In this document: positions 1 to 10,201 of the stretch, piece by piece
How the letters are laid out: every line of letters begins with the position of its first letter
Position numbering within the stretch: the first letter of the stretch is position 1
Virus record (IMG/VR): IMGVR_UViG_3300028392_002123
Direction: 5' to 3' (one strand)
From: a virus
Lineage: Duplodnaviria; Caudoviricetes
DNA: 64,000 nucleotides
Translations under genes and position numbers: made by a program
The notes under the pieces: model-generated
Database searches by the model: none
What the model was told of the DNA's origin: nothing
Seen by the model: only the letters and a program-made list of their open reading frames with translations

Positions 1-83
1 GCGTCTACATTTTTGTAGTCCGACATTAATTCTGCGTTGCAACCGCCACAGTCAATGATTAGATGATAGCCCCAGTATTCCAT
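1..83 (-). CDS. speD: S-adenosylmethionine decarboxylase-like, N-terminal fragment (runs off window)
   Basis: Hand translation MEYWGYHLIIDCGGCNAELMSDYKNVD resembles the GxHLIxD start of AdoMetDC proenzymes; SD AAGGA upstream. Confidence 0.55.
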   Translation of the reverse strand, partial: MEYWGYHLIIDCGGCNAELMSDYKNVD

Positions 84-169
84 TTTTATTCCTTTAGTTA
101 TGTATGTATATTATAGCACCTCAATTATTTATTGCCTAGGTACTAAATAATCAAAAGCAAGGAACAAGC

Positions 170-793
170 GTGAGCTACTACATGAAATTAAAATTGCCGG
201 CCGATCCATTTAAATTCGGAGCAGCCAGAGAAAGTCTAAGAAAAATCACCGGCGGATATAATATTGTCAAACCTGAGGAAATACTCAATGACCAAGTCAT
301 GGACACTTTTGCCACGTGGTCATTGACTCCAAAATTTGTCAGCTTGTTTGGCCGCAACGATCAGGACAGTAAAATAGAAGACCGCATGATACACACTGAC
401 GTGGCTATGAATCGCGACGGCGCCACGTGGCGTAAGTTAATATTTGGCATTAATTGGGAAATAGAACAAAGCGAAAATATATTTTCTTGGTGGGACATGT
501 CTAAATTAAAAGAATGCTGGCCCGACGAACAGCTCGGTGAATTCAGTAAATATAAAATACTAAATGGTATACACTATGTAAATCGAGGATTTTTAGGTAT
601 ACCTGACCTAGCAGTTAAACTAGATGAAACTGTGATCTCTGGACCCACTGCGGTGCGTACAGAAATTCCACATATGACCTTGTATACCAGTCCCACTTAT
701 AAAAGACTGGGAATCAGTGTAAGATTTGACGAATCTAAATTTAATTCCTGGGCGGACGTTGTTGAATTATTAAAACCCCATGAGCTATCATAA
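170..793 (+). CDS. Cupin/2OG-Fe(II) oxygenase-like protein
   Basis: MIHTD...INW...PHMTL (HxD...H triad); GTG start; paralog of next ORF. Confidence 0.55.
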   Translation: MSYYMKLKLPADPFKFGAARESLRKITGGYNIVKPEEILNDQVMDTFATWSLTPKFVSLFGRNDQDSKIEDRMIHTDVAMNRDGATWRKLIFGINWEIEQSENIFSWWDMSKLKECWPDEQLGEFSKYKILNGIHYVNRGFLGIPDLAVKLDETVISGPTAVRTEIPHMTLYTSPTYKRLGISVRFDESKFNSWADVVELLKPHELS

Positions 794-1424
794 ATCACTG
801 AACTTGCCGGCCAACCCTATAATAGATTGGTCCGCACTAAAATCTAAATTGCCAAGAAATGTGGTCATGAGCAATAAAAACTTTGCCGGCAGTTTTTCAT
901 TGCTGGACATCAATAAACATCTAACCACAGAAGTTTTAGATACACTTGGCCATGCAGGAATTACAGTAACACATTTAGTTGTTTTTTCCAATGGCAAATC
1001 TAGGACCAATGATGTAGAAAGAATGATACACAGCGATGTTAAATGGGATAGAGAAGATAATTCTTGGAAAAGTATACATTGCGGAATTAACTGGGAATTA
1101 GAAGGCACAAATTTATGGAAATGGTGGGACATGACTGCATACCCTGCTGTCTACCCCACAGGCCCAATGACTCCGGAAAATCATATACTGCATGGCATAC
1201 ACTATGAACGTAGAGGAAGGTCCGGAGTACATCCAAATGCTAGATTAATCGAACAGGCTTATATACCCGGTCCTAGTTTGGTACGCACAGATGTGCCGCA
1301 CAGCACTATATTTGGCAAGGAAGGCTATACTCCCAGAGCAGGTATTAGTCTACGAATAGATGAAACTAATATTTCATCCTGGGAAGATGCTGTAGAATTG
1401 TTTAAACCTTTGATCAAAGAATGA
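780..1424 (+). CDS. Cupin/2OG-Fe(II) oxygenase-like protein
   Basis: MIHSD...INW...PHSTI. Confidence 0.55.
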   Translation: MSYHKSLNLPANPIIDWSALKSKLPRNVVMSNKNFAGSFSLLDINKHLTTEVLDTLGHAGITVTHLVVFSNGKSRTNDVERMIHSDVKWDREDNSWKSIHCGINWELEGTNLWKWWDMTAYPAVYPTGPMTPENHILHGIHYERRGRSGVHPNARLIEQAYIPGPSLVRTDVPHSTIFGKEGYTPRAGISLRIDETNISSWEDAVELFKPLIKE

Positions 1425-2905
1425 ATGTAATTTTAGTCAATGGCATCTATGACTTGATGCCCAGTAGAAGTCTTGGTCCTTACTTGCTAAGACATGTGTT
1501 AGCCAAGAATGGCTATACCTGTCAAGTAATCGATCACTGTCAGGAATTCACAGCCGACGAACTCTACGCTACTATCAAACACTTTATCACCAAGGACACA
1601 GTATGCTTGGGATTCAGTACTACATTCTGGCGCGACATAGAACGTAAGATATGGAACAACAATGGCGGCATGCCGCCTAACTTAGACACAGCCAGTCGTA
1701 GAATTAAACAGGAATATCCCCATATTAAACTAGTGCTAGGTGGTGCAGGCATACGCAATGTGGGTGCCAAGGTGGATCACGTTGACGCACTGGTAGTGGG
1801 TGAAGCCGAAGACCTGTTCATTGAACTCTTAGATCACTGGACCAAAGGCACAGCAGAACCTCCACGTAAAACAAATACAACAGTGAACAAGCCCTACTAC
1901 AATCAATGTATAAACAAAGATTATGATGTCAGTACCTGCGACTTTATGTGGAGTTTCAGCGACGCAATTCTGCCCGGAGAACCCCTGCCCTTGGAAACAG
2001 CCAGGGGTTGTATTTTTAAGTGCAAGTTTTGTAGTTATCCGCACTTGGGTAAAAAGAAAATGGACTACTTAAAACCCATAGAACACATACGCGAACACAT
2101 GATGCACAACTATGAACGTTGGGGTACACGACACTATATCATGCTGGATGACACATTCAATGACAGTGAACACAAGATAGACACACTCTTGGACATGACT
2201 CGTCGATTGCCTTTTAAAATAGGCTATGTTGCTTATATTAGAGCTGACTTGGTGCATAGATTCAAAGGACAGGCGGAAAAGCTACAGGAGTCCGGACTTG
2301 AAAGCTGTTTCTTTGGACTTGAAAGTCTACACCCCCAGGCCAGTCAAGCAGTGGGCAAGGGCTGGAGTGGTCGACATGCCAGAGAATATATACCGCATTT
2401 ACTGCACGACATATGGCAGGATAAGGTCAATGTGACCACAGGCTTTATTGCAGGCCTACCCGGAGAAGACGCTGACAGTTTGCTGGACACACTTAAATGG
2501 GTCAATGACAATGGCATCATGACATTCTGGTTGGGCTTGGGTATCAGCAGTCCTGCCAGCTTGGCCGCAGGCAGCATGGATGGTGTGGCCTTTTACAGTG
2601 AGTTTGAACGTAACGCTGACAAATACGGCTATAAATTTGACAGCAAAGGTTGGTGGTACAATGATCTATGGACACATCATACTGCGGAAAAGTTTGCCAT
2701 GGAACGGCTTAACTATTATAGAAAACTTAAACGTATTAGCTGTTGGTTCCATATTCAGCTACGTGCCTTTGGCTACACAGACGACGAACTATGGGCCATT
2801 GCCGGCAGTCAACTCACACACAATGGCTTTTTAACAGATCAGACATTTCTGGACCGCAGAGACAAATACGTGGCTGACTATAAGAAATTGTTGTTGACAC
2901 TATAA
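1421..2905 (+). CDS. B12-binding-domain radical SAM enzyme
   Basis: ETARGCIFKCKFCSY (CxxxCxxC), DDTF, GLES; N-terminal cobalamin-binding-like domain (LVLGGAG, LVVGEAE). Confidence 0.85.
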   Translation: MNVILVNGIYDLMPSRSLGPYLLRHVLAKNGYTCQVIDHCQEFTADELYATIKHFITKDTVCLGFSTTFWRDIERKIWNNNGGMPPNLDTASRRIKQEYPHIKLVLGGAGIRNVGAKVDHVDALVVGEAEDLFIELLDHWTKGTAEPPRKTNTTVNKPYYNQCINKDYDVSTCDFMWSFSDAILPGEPLPLETARGCIFKCKFCSYPHLGKKKMDYLKPIEHIREHMMHNYERWGTRHYIMLDDTFNDSEHKIDTLLDMTRRLPFKIGYVAYIRADLVHRFKGQAEKLQESGLESCFFGLESLHPQASQAVGKGWSGRHAREYIPHLLHDIWQDKVNVTTGFIAGLPGEDADSLLDTLKWVNDNGIMTFWLGLGISSPASLAAGSMDGVAFYSEFERNADKYGYKFDSKGWWYNDLWTHHTAEKFAMERLNYYRKLKRISCWFHIQLRAFGYTDDELWAIAGSQLTHNGFLTDQTFLDRRDKYVADYKKLLLTL

Positions 2906-3610
2906 CAAGCCCCTGCGCTGATATAAAGTTTCTAGACTACAGTCCAGGGCCAAGGCCACAACCAGTCTAAATCCCGGGCGATCAATGTCCAAACAATGAG
3001 CACAGTCTGTGCGTAAAAATGCGGCACAGTGGTTCTTATATAAACCATGTTTTGTTGTTGTAGGTTGGCCTAGGTACTGCCATTTTTCTAGATAGTCCCT
3101 GCCCTTGATGGCCAAGTATTGATAATTCCGCACACCTAGATTTTCATGATCCTGTATGCCCACCAAGGGATGACCAGGCACAACATTTTCCCACCAATGC
3201 ATGGGATCATCAGGATCATATTCAATGACCACATTAAAGCGTGTTAGCACTGGCAGTCTGCGTAAAGGGTCCACTTCATCCCATTTATATCCATCAATAT
3301 GCGGATATCCTGGCTGAGCTTTATTGGCATTATTGCTGAGGAACACGTCGGGCCCACAGAGTTCACTGCCCACATAATTTCTTTCAATGCCCCAGGTCGC
3401 CAAATAGTCACGTAGTTCTTCCAGGGCCCGACTGCCCTGCCATATTATTTTCTTATTAAAGAATTTGTGTTCTGCGTCTACAGTAGCGTATTTGTCATAG
3501 GCAATATACTTGTTGACAAAAGGATAATAATAAATTTGTTTAATCCATTCCACTGCTTCAGCACTAAATTTAAAATCGCTGTGGTGATAACAATAATTTA
3601 ATTCGCTCAT
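2900..3610 (-). CDS. Cupin/2OG-Fe(II) oxygenase-like protein
   Basis: PHIDG...RFN...AHCLD. Confidence 0.5.
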   Translation of the reverse strand: MSELNYCYHHSDFKFSAEAVEWIKQIYYYPFVNKYIAYDKYATVDAEHKFFNKKIIWQGSRALEELRDYLATWGIERNYVGSELCGPDVFLSNNANKAQPGYPHIDGYKWDEVDPLRRLPVLTRFNVVIEYDPDDPMHWWENVVPGHPLVGIQDHENLGVRNYQYLAIKGRDYLEKWQYLGQPTTTKHGLYKNHCAAFLRTDCAHCLDIDRPGFRLVVALALDCSLETLYQRRGLL

Positions 3611-3640
3611 AGTCGTATTTATTATTCATAAATATTCATT

Positions 3641-5089
3641 ATGCACGTCATATTTTTAAACAGTATATACACACAAATTCCGCAAAGAAGTCTTGGTCCG
3701 TATTTGCTCAAACATCAATTAGCCAAGAATAATTATCAAAGTCAAGTCATTGATTTTTGTCAAGACTGGCATGCTGATCAAATTTTACTGCTATTTAAAA
3801 AATTTGCCACAGACAAAACTCTGTGTTTGGCACTGAGCAGTACATTTTGGTTTGACGAAACACAGACTTATTATACCTATGACAACGGAATTCCGCCCAA
3901 CATTTATCAAGCCGTTAAATTAATTAAACAACAGTTTCCCCAGGTTAAAATCGTTTTGGGCGGAGCGCACAGTAGTTATATGCGTTATAGAATAGAAGAC
4001 GTGGACTGTGTGTTCATTGGAGAAAGCGAAGACACACTGGTAGAAGTGTTGGACCATTGGTGCCGGGCCGGCCAAGAACCTGTCAGTGAAATTAATCCCG
4101 CCACAGGCAAATTAACATACAGAGATCCAAGGAATAAAAAATATCAAATACAGACCTGTGATTTTATGTGGCAGGAAGAAGACTGTATTATCAACAAAGA
4201 AGCTCTGCCCATGGAAACTGCTAGAGGCTGTATATTTAAATGTAGTTTTTGCGCTTATCCGCACTTGGGTAAAAAGAAATTCGATTATTTAAAACCCAAT
4301 GATGCCATTAAAAATTATTTAATTAACAATTATAATCGTTGGCAGACCACTAGTTATATCATCTTAGATGACACTTTCAATGACAGCGAATATAAAATAG
4401 ATGGATTTTTAGATATTACTAAAAGCCTGCCTTTTAGCATAGAATACGCGGCCTATATTAGAGCAGACTTGGTCTATAGGTTTGAAGGCATGGCAGACAA
4501 GCTGGCAGAAACAGGCCTGCGTGGAGCTTTCTTTGGCATTGAAAGCCTGCACCCCCGGGCCAGTCAGATTGTGGGCAAAGGCTGGAGCGGTAGACATGCT
4601 CGTGAGTTTGTGCCCAGACTGGTACATGACACGTGGCAGAATAAGATCACTGCACATTGTGGATTAATTGTGGGACTGCCCGGAGAAACTCGTGAAGATT
4701 TAACTACAAGTTTAACCTGGGCCAATGACAACATGATCAATGTTATTTTCTTTGGCCTGCAGGTCACTAATAACTTACACGAGCGTAGCTATATCAGTGA
4801 ATTCGAGCGTAACGCTGACAAATATGGATTTAAATTTGACGAGCATGGAAAATGGTATAATGACACGTGGACAAGAAATTCTGTTTTAGAATTCAGCGCA
4901 CAATTAAATCCTCAGCGCAGGCGCATGAATTATTCGGGATTTAATCACGTGGCCCTGCACACACTGGGCTATACCAATGAAGAAATAATGAACACACACC
5001 AGGATCTACTAGTGCGTAACAGTGAGGAATTTCGTCAGCGTAAACAACAATTCCTCAGGGCCTATTGGAATAAAATTATCAATTTATAA
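3641..5089 (+). CDS. B12-binding-domain radical SAM enzyme (paralog of 1421..2905)
   Basis: ETARGCIFKCSFCAY, DDTF, GIES, IVLGGAH, FIGESE. Confidence 0.85.
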   Translation: MHVIFLNSIYTQIPQRSLGPYLLKHQLAKNNYQSQVIDFCQDWHADQILLLFKKFATDKTLCLALSSTFWFDETQTYYTYDNGIPPNIYQAVKLIKQQFPQVKIVLGGAHSSYMRYRIEDVDCVFIGESEDTLVEVLDHWCRAGQEPVSEINPATGKLTYRDPRNKKYQIQTCDFMWQEEDCIINKEALPMETARGCIFKCSFCAYPHLGKKKFDYLKPNDAIKNYLINNYNRWQTTSYIILDDTFNDSEYKIDGFLDITKSLPFSIEYAAYIRADLVYRFEGMADKLAETGLRGAFFGIESLHPRASQIVGKGWSGRHAREFVPRLVHDTWQNKITAHCGLIVGLPGETREDLTTSLTWANDNMINVIFFGLQVTNNLHERSYISEFERNADKYGFKFDEHGKWYNDTWTRNSVLEFSAQLNPQRRRMNYSGFNHVALHTLGYTNEEIMNTHQDLLVRNSEEFRQRKQQFLRAYWNKIINL

Positions 5090-5092
5090 ATA
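5085..5092 (+). promoter_or_regulatory. T4-late-type promoter TATAAATA
   Basis: Exact TATAAATA 6 nt before ATG at 5099. Confidence 0.65.
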
Positions 5093-5098
5093 ACAACA

Positions 5099-5659
5099 AT
5101 GATGTATAAAAAATTAATTCTGCCCCGGGATTTAATCACGGAAATTCAAATAACTGCCATTGAGGAAATGTCTACATTTGATGTTAATTCTGGACAGCTA
5201 CATTTCTTAATTAAACCACAGCATGTCATGGGCAAATATTTAAAAATGACCTATCCCACTCTGCCCTTTTTATATAATTGTTTATTATTTCATCGTCCCC
5301 CTAATTTTCAACAGGCTCTGCACATAGACTGTAACAATGAAGATCCGCCGCAGTTGATCAACTGTGCCATTAATATACCCCTGCAAAACTGTGACGACAG
5401 CTACATGGAATGGTACTCGGGTGCGTATACCACAGAAGTCAATGCCACAGTGGGTCAGGATGGTAGAACTAGAAAATTCGTTGAACTAGCATGGCAGGGA
5501 GAACCCCAGTTAATAGAAAAAACAATAATAGATCAGCCCACGCTGGTACGTGTTAATCAGCCACATAGAATCAGTTGTATTAGTCGTGTGCGTAGTTTAA
5601 TTACTTTTAGATTCAGCAAGAATCCTGATTTTGACACAGTGGAAGCTATGATGCTTTGA
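5099..5659 (+). CDS. Cupin/2OG-Fe(II) oxygenase-like protein
   Basis: LHIDC...AINIP...PHRI. Confidence 0.6.
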   Translation: MMYKKLILPRDLITEIQITAIEEMSTFDVNSGQLHFLIKPQHVMGKYLKMTYPTLPFLYNCLLFHRPPNFQQALHIDCNNEDPPQLINCAINIPLQNCDDSYMEWYSGAYTTEVNATVGQDGRTRKFVELAWQGEPQLIEKTIIDQPTLVRVNQPHRISCISRVRSLITFRFSKNPDFDTVEAMML

Positions 5660-6344
5660 CATCAGCAGGTATTTCTGCAATGCCTGTGATGCGTATTTTT
5701 TCCAAGTCAAAAAAGCTACGGGGAATTAAATTCATTTCCTGGGCTCCCCATAATAAACGTAGATAAACATCATCTCCACCTAGCTCAGACTTTGAATTTT
5801 TCAACATGGGCACAATGCTGAGACAGATTCTGGGTCGGTCCGGTGTGCCATTTTTCATTTGTACGCTGTGGGGAATTCCTGCGTTTACCACGTAGAGTCC
5901 GGACATGTCTAAATGATCTATTTCCATGACGTCCTCGGGAGGAAATGCTAGATACTTTGTGCCAGCATTGGTCACTAACTGATGTCGATCTTCAACTCGA
6001 ACCCTGGGCATGTACCAGCGCATGATATTGTCCGACTCACCTATTACATAGTTAATTTTAGCAATACAGGGTACAACTCTATGCCCGTCTACGTGTATAA
6101 AAGCATCAAAGTCTTCGCCTACACCAGGACGAAAAAATACTTCACTGTGCTTGACTACCATGCCGCCACGTAGCATCATTTCTTTAAATTGCTCACTGAT
6201 ATATTCGGGATCATATTTGTAGTGTGCAAAAAATGTATAAGGTTGACCTTCTTTATTCTTAGGAAACGGATAAGTTTCTAATATTGTTTCCTTGCTGGCA
6301 GGAGCTATATTTAAAATATTAATGTCTCTATATGTAAATGTCAT
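5646..6344 (-). CDS. Cupin/2OG-Fe(II) oxygenase-like protein
   Basis: IHVDG...KINY...MRWY...PHSV. Confidence 0.6.
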   Translation of the reverse strand: MTFTYRDINILNIAPASKETILETYPFPKNKEGQPYTFFAHYKYDPEYISEQFKEMMLRGGMVVKHSEVFFRPGVGEDFDAFIHVDGHRVVPCIAKINYVIGESDNIMRWYMPRVRVEDRHQLVTNAGTKYLAFPPEDVMEIDHLDMSGLYVVNAGIPHSVQMKNGTPDRPRICLSIVPMLKNSKSELGGDDVYLRLLWGAQEMNLIPRSFFDLEKIRITGIAEIPADVKAS

Positions 6345-6889
6345 TTTAAATATCCTTTGAACGTGTCTTCAATTTGATTAAATTTTACTTTTAGGTTGTG
6401 TTTATTTAACAGCATAAAACTATAGCAAAGTCTAGGCACGTCAACATTTTCCACATTGTGTAACTGTCCAGCATTGACTATGGTAGGCTCTAACAGTGAG
6501 CTTTCTGCTACCATTTCCACATCTTCCCTGGCAGCCCACATATAGGGAGTGTTGATCACTGTCATTTTAAACTGTGCAGAACAGCCGGGTCGAAGCTGCC
6601 ACCAACGCATAACGCTGGCACCTGGATTAACTATAAAGTTAATTTTAATATGATTGTCAATTTGGCGGCCGTCTAAGTGCAGAGCCCAGGGATAGTCGAT
6701 GTCTGTGGGTTTTTTTAAAAATACTTCGCTGAAGCCAATTTTTAATTCTAAACTGGCCAGCCAATCAATAAAATTAACGTCAATTAATTCTCTGTCTAAT
6801 TTAATTTGTCCGTGTGCAGTGGGAAATTTAACTTCGGGCAGGGACATTTTAAATGGCAGCGTTAATTCTCTATAATATATATTTTCCAT
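6341..6889 (-). CDS. Cupin/2OG-Fe(II) oxygenase-like protein (start moved to MENIYY)
   Basis: LHLDG...KINF...MRWW...LHNV; ATG at 6889 follows upstream stop at 6892. Confidence 0.6.
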   Translation of the reverse strand: MENIYYRELTLPFKMSLPEVKFPTAHGQIKLDRELIDVNFIDWLASLELKIGFSEVFLKKPTDIDYPWALHLDGRQIDNHIKINFIVNPGASVMRWWQLRPGCSAQFKMTVINTPYMWAAREDVEMVAESSLLEPTIVNAGQLHNVENVDVPRLCYSFMLLNKHNLKVKFNQIEDTFKGYLK

Positions 6890-6891
6890 GA

Positions 6892-7671
6892 TTAATTCTT
6901 GGCTATCCAAAAGCTTAGATGACAGCGTGTCTGTTCTTCTCTGGGCTGATACCAACCCACGCCCACTGACGCCACTGAGTGCATGTAGTCCTTGGTGAAT
7001 ATTTCATAGACCTGACCATCCGCGGGAATATAGTGTCCGACAAAGTCCATGGGCTGTTGTGCTTCTTCTTGATCAAAGCCTGCTTTCCATTTAAAATTTC
7101 TAGCACTGAATAATAGTACGTGCCCGGGGTTGGTCCACAGGGGAATATGAAATCTATTTTCCACGGGATCGTCTTTGTGCCAGTAAAGTCCCTGACTGGT
7201 ACCATTGACTGTTCTATTCTGACAGCGTATGCGTATGGGTGCTTGAAATTTATCCTGCATGTAATTGTGCAGTTCTTCCACTATGGTGCCTTTAAATCTA
7301 GGCACCAGCTCGGCTAATTGATCATCGGTCATAGCAGGTTCTTCAACGCCCACACCGTCAACAACACGACCCCTGCGTCCGGTGCCGCCAAACAACTGTT
7401 GATCCAATTCAGTGAATCTAGACAGGTTAGTGGTTAAATTAATATCACCATTGGTAATTCTGCTGGGATTGACAGCGTTGTAATCATGATGCAGGCTGGC
7501 ATCACACCAATCCTCTGTGCCCAACTTTTTAAGTTCAACTGTTCTACGCCAGTGATCAAATCTAATGCCCGCTAGGAATACTCTGTCGCGAACAACTTCG
7601 GTTATTTTATTCACGTCCCATTGACTGAGATCTTGTCGTACTTCATAATATTTTTTAAACAGTGACGTCAT
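6892..7671 (-). CDS. Asp/Asn beta-hydroxylase-like 2OG oxygenase
   Basis: YWHKDD...RFHIPL...MHSV. Confidence 0.6.
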   Translation of the reverse strand: MTSLFKKYYEVRQDLSQWDVNKITEVVRDRVFLAGIRFDHWRRTVELKKLGTEDWCDASLHHDYNAVNPSRITNGDINLTTNLSRFTELDQQLFGGTGRRGRVVDGVGVEEPAMTDDQLAELVPRFKGTIVEELHNYMQDKFQAPIRIRCQNRTVNGTSQGLYWHKDDPVENRFHIPLWTNPGHVLLFSARNFKWKAGFDQEEAQQPMDFVGHYIPADGQVYEIFTKDYMHSVASVGVGWYQPREEQTRCHLSFWIAKN

Positions 7672-7676
7672 GAAAT

Positions 7677-7713
7677 TATTTATAGCAAAAATCGTTTATT
7701 TTCACTATAAATA
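7677..7713. promoter_or_regulatory. Back-to-back divergent TATAAATA late-type promoters
   Basis: TATAAATA on minus (7677-7684) before ATG 7671 and on plus (7706-7713) before ATG 7719. Confidence 0.65.
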
Positions 7714-7718
7714 TTCAC

Positions 7719-8741
7719 ATGCCCACTAGTCCTTATTTACTGCGCTATAGAGATCCCGAGGTTAAAGAACCCGAAAATATAGAAACCAACGAATTTATTC
7801 AAAGACAGCTGGGCCGTCGCAGTCTGCGTAATTATGATCCACAGCGTAAAATATCCTGGGAACAGCTCAGTTATTTGATCACTGCCGCGCAATGCAGTCC
7901 CAATGGCAGTGGCGCACAAAGTTGGAGTGTGATTGCACTGATCACTGACGAAGAAAAAAGAATATTCCGGGAAGCCGCAGGCTCTGTTCTAGACGGCACA
8001 GATCCTTTGAATAGATTAAACTATGATAACTGTAGTGTATTTTTAATTTGGATCGCAGACAACTACAAAAATGAACAGGGTATACGCATTGTAGGCAACA
8101 AAGAACTTTCTCCAGAAGAATTAAAACTCATGCCCAAGCATATATCTGCTACTATATCTGTGCATCCTGTGCCGGGTAGAGATGACATATTATTTGATGT
8201 TGAACAGCATGTGCAAAACTTAGATCAAAGTTATTATTCTATTAGAGCCATGCAGGACTGTATTATTGCCGCACAGACCTTTGTTATGTGTGCTGAAAGT
8301 CTGGGCATGGGCACACTATACATGGGCAGTATAGCACATTGTGAACTAGCCAGTTTTAAAAATACATTAAATTTACCCAATAAAACTTATCCCCTTTTTG
8401 GCATGTGCGTGGGCTATGAACTAGCACCAGGCAGTGATCACAACGGCATACATATTAATAATGGGCAAAGCGACTTGTACAGAAAGATCAGATATTCCGA
8501 TGCAGATTATGCAGACTGGCTGATCAAACCTGTGCAACCACAGGATATTGTTCTGCATCGTGCCAAATATAATAAAGATGTCAAGGCCAGTTTATTCAAA
8601 TATAATAAAATCATTTATGAATATGTCAGCAGATTAAAATCTCGCCGGGCAAATTATTTGGTTAGTAGAGTAGCACAGCGCATTTATAAAGTAGTTGATC
8701 AATTGGGCCTAATGATGGCCATGGGTAATCGATGGCGTTGA
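7719..8741 (+). CDS. Nitroreductase family protein
   Basis: RRSLRNY...AAQCSPNGSGAQSW...AESLGMGTLYMGS. Confidence 0.85.
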   Translation: MPTSPYLLRYRDPEVKEPENIETNEFIQRQLGRRSLRNYDPQRKISWEQLSYLITAAQCSPNGSGAQSWSVIALITDEEKRIFREAAGSVLDGTDPLNRLNYDNCSVFLIWIADNYKNEQGIRIVGNKELSPEELKLMPKHISATISVHPVPGRDDILFDVEQHVQNLDQSYYSIRAMQDCIIAAQTFVMCAESLGMGTLYMGSIAHCELASFKNTLNLPNKTYPLFGMCVGYELAPGSDHNGIHINNGQSDLYRKIRYSDADYADWLIKPVQPQDIVLHRAKYNKDVKASLFKYNKIIYEYVSRLKSRRANYLVSRVAQRIYKVVDQLGLMMAMGNRWR

Positions 8742-8772
8742 TCACTAAATATTTTAAACAAGTGGAGATACT

Positions 8773-9399
8773 ATGAATTTTGCCGCGGCATATCAAATTA
8801 TTGGCCGAGTCCCTGACAGTCTATTAGAAAAGGTCAACGAAGAAATTAATCATGCACTAACAGATGCTGACTTTAATTACAAAGATAGAAACGTAGAAAC
8901 CGCAGAACTAAGCTGGCTACGCTTGGACTTTATGCGGCCGCCAGAAGATAAAAATCGCATGCCATTGTACACTAGTATACTGGCAGTGATCAATCATATC
9001 ACTGAAAATTATAACATTGATCCATTAAACTCTGTGAGTGTTAGTATGCTCAAGCCCCTGCAGGTCCTGGATGAGCACACCGATGGCCGCTTTTTACACA
9101 GAATTACCAATAGATATTTGGTGCCATTAATGGACAGTGAAGTTAATTATAACTATGGTTGGTATGAAAATGAAAAGGTAATCTATCCTTTACGCTATGG
9201 CAATATCTATAGAGTTAACAATGCCATTGTTCACAGCGCATTGAATTTGGAAAATGCCGAAAGATTTAACATATTAATTGACACATGGGAGCCCAGACTC
9301 AAGGCCAAATTTAAAGATCATCAAGACTTAATGGCGGCATTAACAGTACTGGGAGTTAACTATAACTTTGAAAAACGATTGAAAGTGAAACCAAAATGA
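8773..9399 (+). CDS. Asp/Asn beta-hydroxylase-like 2OG oxygenase
   Basis: DEHTD...RYLVPL...VNNAIVHSALN. Confidence 0.6.
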   Translation: MNFAAAYQIIGRVPDSLLEKVNEEINHALTDADFNYKDRNVETAELSWLRLDFMRPPEDKNRMPLYTSILAVINHITENYNIDPLNSVSVSMLKPLQVLDEHTDGRFLHRITNRYLVPLMDSEVNYNYGWYENEKVIYPLRYGNIYRVNNAIVHSALNLENAERFNILIDTWEPRLKAKFKDHQDLMAALTVLGVNYNFEKRLKVKPK

Positions 9400-9620
9400 A
9401 ATTTGAAGAAAGAATTCCAAGAAGCCTAAGTAAAGTAATTACTTGGAGAATTATACTATCTATACAGTATTTCGTTATTGGCTATGTAACCATGGGAACC
9501 ATAGCCAGTGCCCTGGGATTAGTGGGCATTACCACTGTGGTCAACAGTTGTATATATTATCTACACGAACGTGCTTGGAATAAATCCAGCTGGGGCAAAA
9601 AGGTAGAAGTAGAAGCATGA
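9396..9620 (+). CDS. DUF2061-like small membrane protein
   Basis: RSLSKVITWR...YYLHERAW pattern, hydrophobic. Confidence 0.7.
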   Translation: MKFEERIPRSLSKVITWRIILSIQYFVIGYVTMGTIASALGLVGITTVVNSCIYYLHERAWNKSSWGKKVEVEA

Positions 9621-10201
9621 ACTTTGACTTGCCCTACAAGCATATAGGTCCGGTGCCCCGAGAATTATTGGAGCAGGCCGAGTCAGGAGTCATTGACTTA
9701 GAAGCGTCAGGCGCTTATAATTTTAAACACGGCGAATGGCTACGCTTGGACAGTTATTATAATCCGGATAATCATCAATTATCTGACATCGTGGGCTCGG
9801 GCCTAGTAGATCATGTCATGAGTTTCTTTCCCGGTGAAAAGTTGTTTGGGTGGAGTGTCAGTCATATACCGCCACATCAGCCCGTGATTGATCATGCTGA
9901 TCGTATGTTTTTTCATAGATTTGCCAAACGTATTATTGTGCCCATCAATGACGTGGGCAATAATGTATTAAATTGGCACTGGTCTTGGAATGATACAAGA
10001 CGTTGTTATTTCTTTGAATACGGAAATATATATAGATTAAACACAGCATGGACACATGGTGTTAAAAATTCTTCTAACAAGGTTAGAAGAGCAGTTTATT
10101 TTGATGTTATGGAAACTAAATTTTACGATAAATTCATCACACATCCTGACATACTAACAGTTATATTGGCCAATGCTGCCGGAGAGAGATATGTACTTTA
10201 A
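9617..10201 (+). CDS. Asp/Asn beta-hydroxylase-like 2OG oxygenase
   Basis: IDHAD...RIIVPI...LNTAWTHGVKN. Confidence 0.6.
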   Translation: MNFDLPYKHIGPVPRELLEQAESGVIDLEASGAYNFKHGEWLRLDSYYNPDNHQLSDIVGSGLVDHVMSFFPGEKLFGWSVSHIPPHQPVIDHADRMFFHRFAKRIIVPINDVGNNVLNWHWSWNDTRRCYFFEYGNIYRLNTAWTHGVKNSSNKVRRAVYFDVMETKFYDKFITHPDILTVILANAAGERYVL

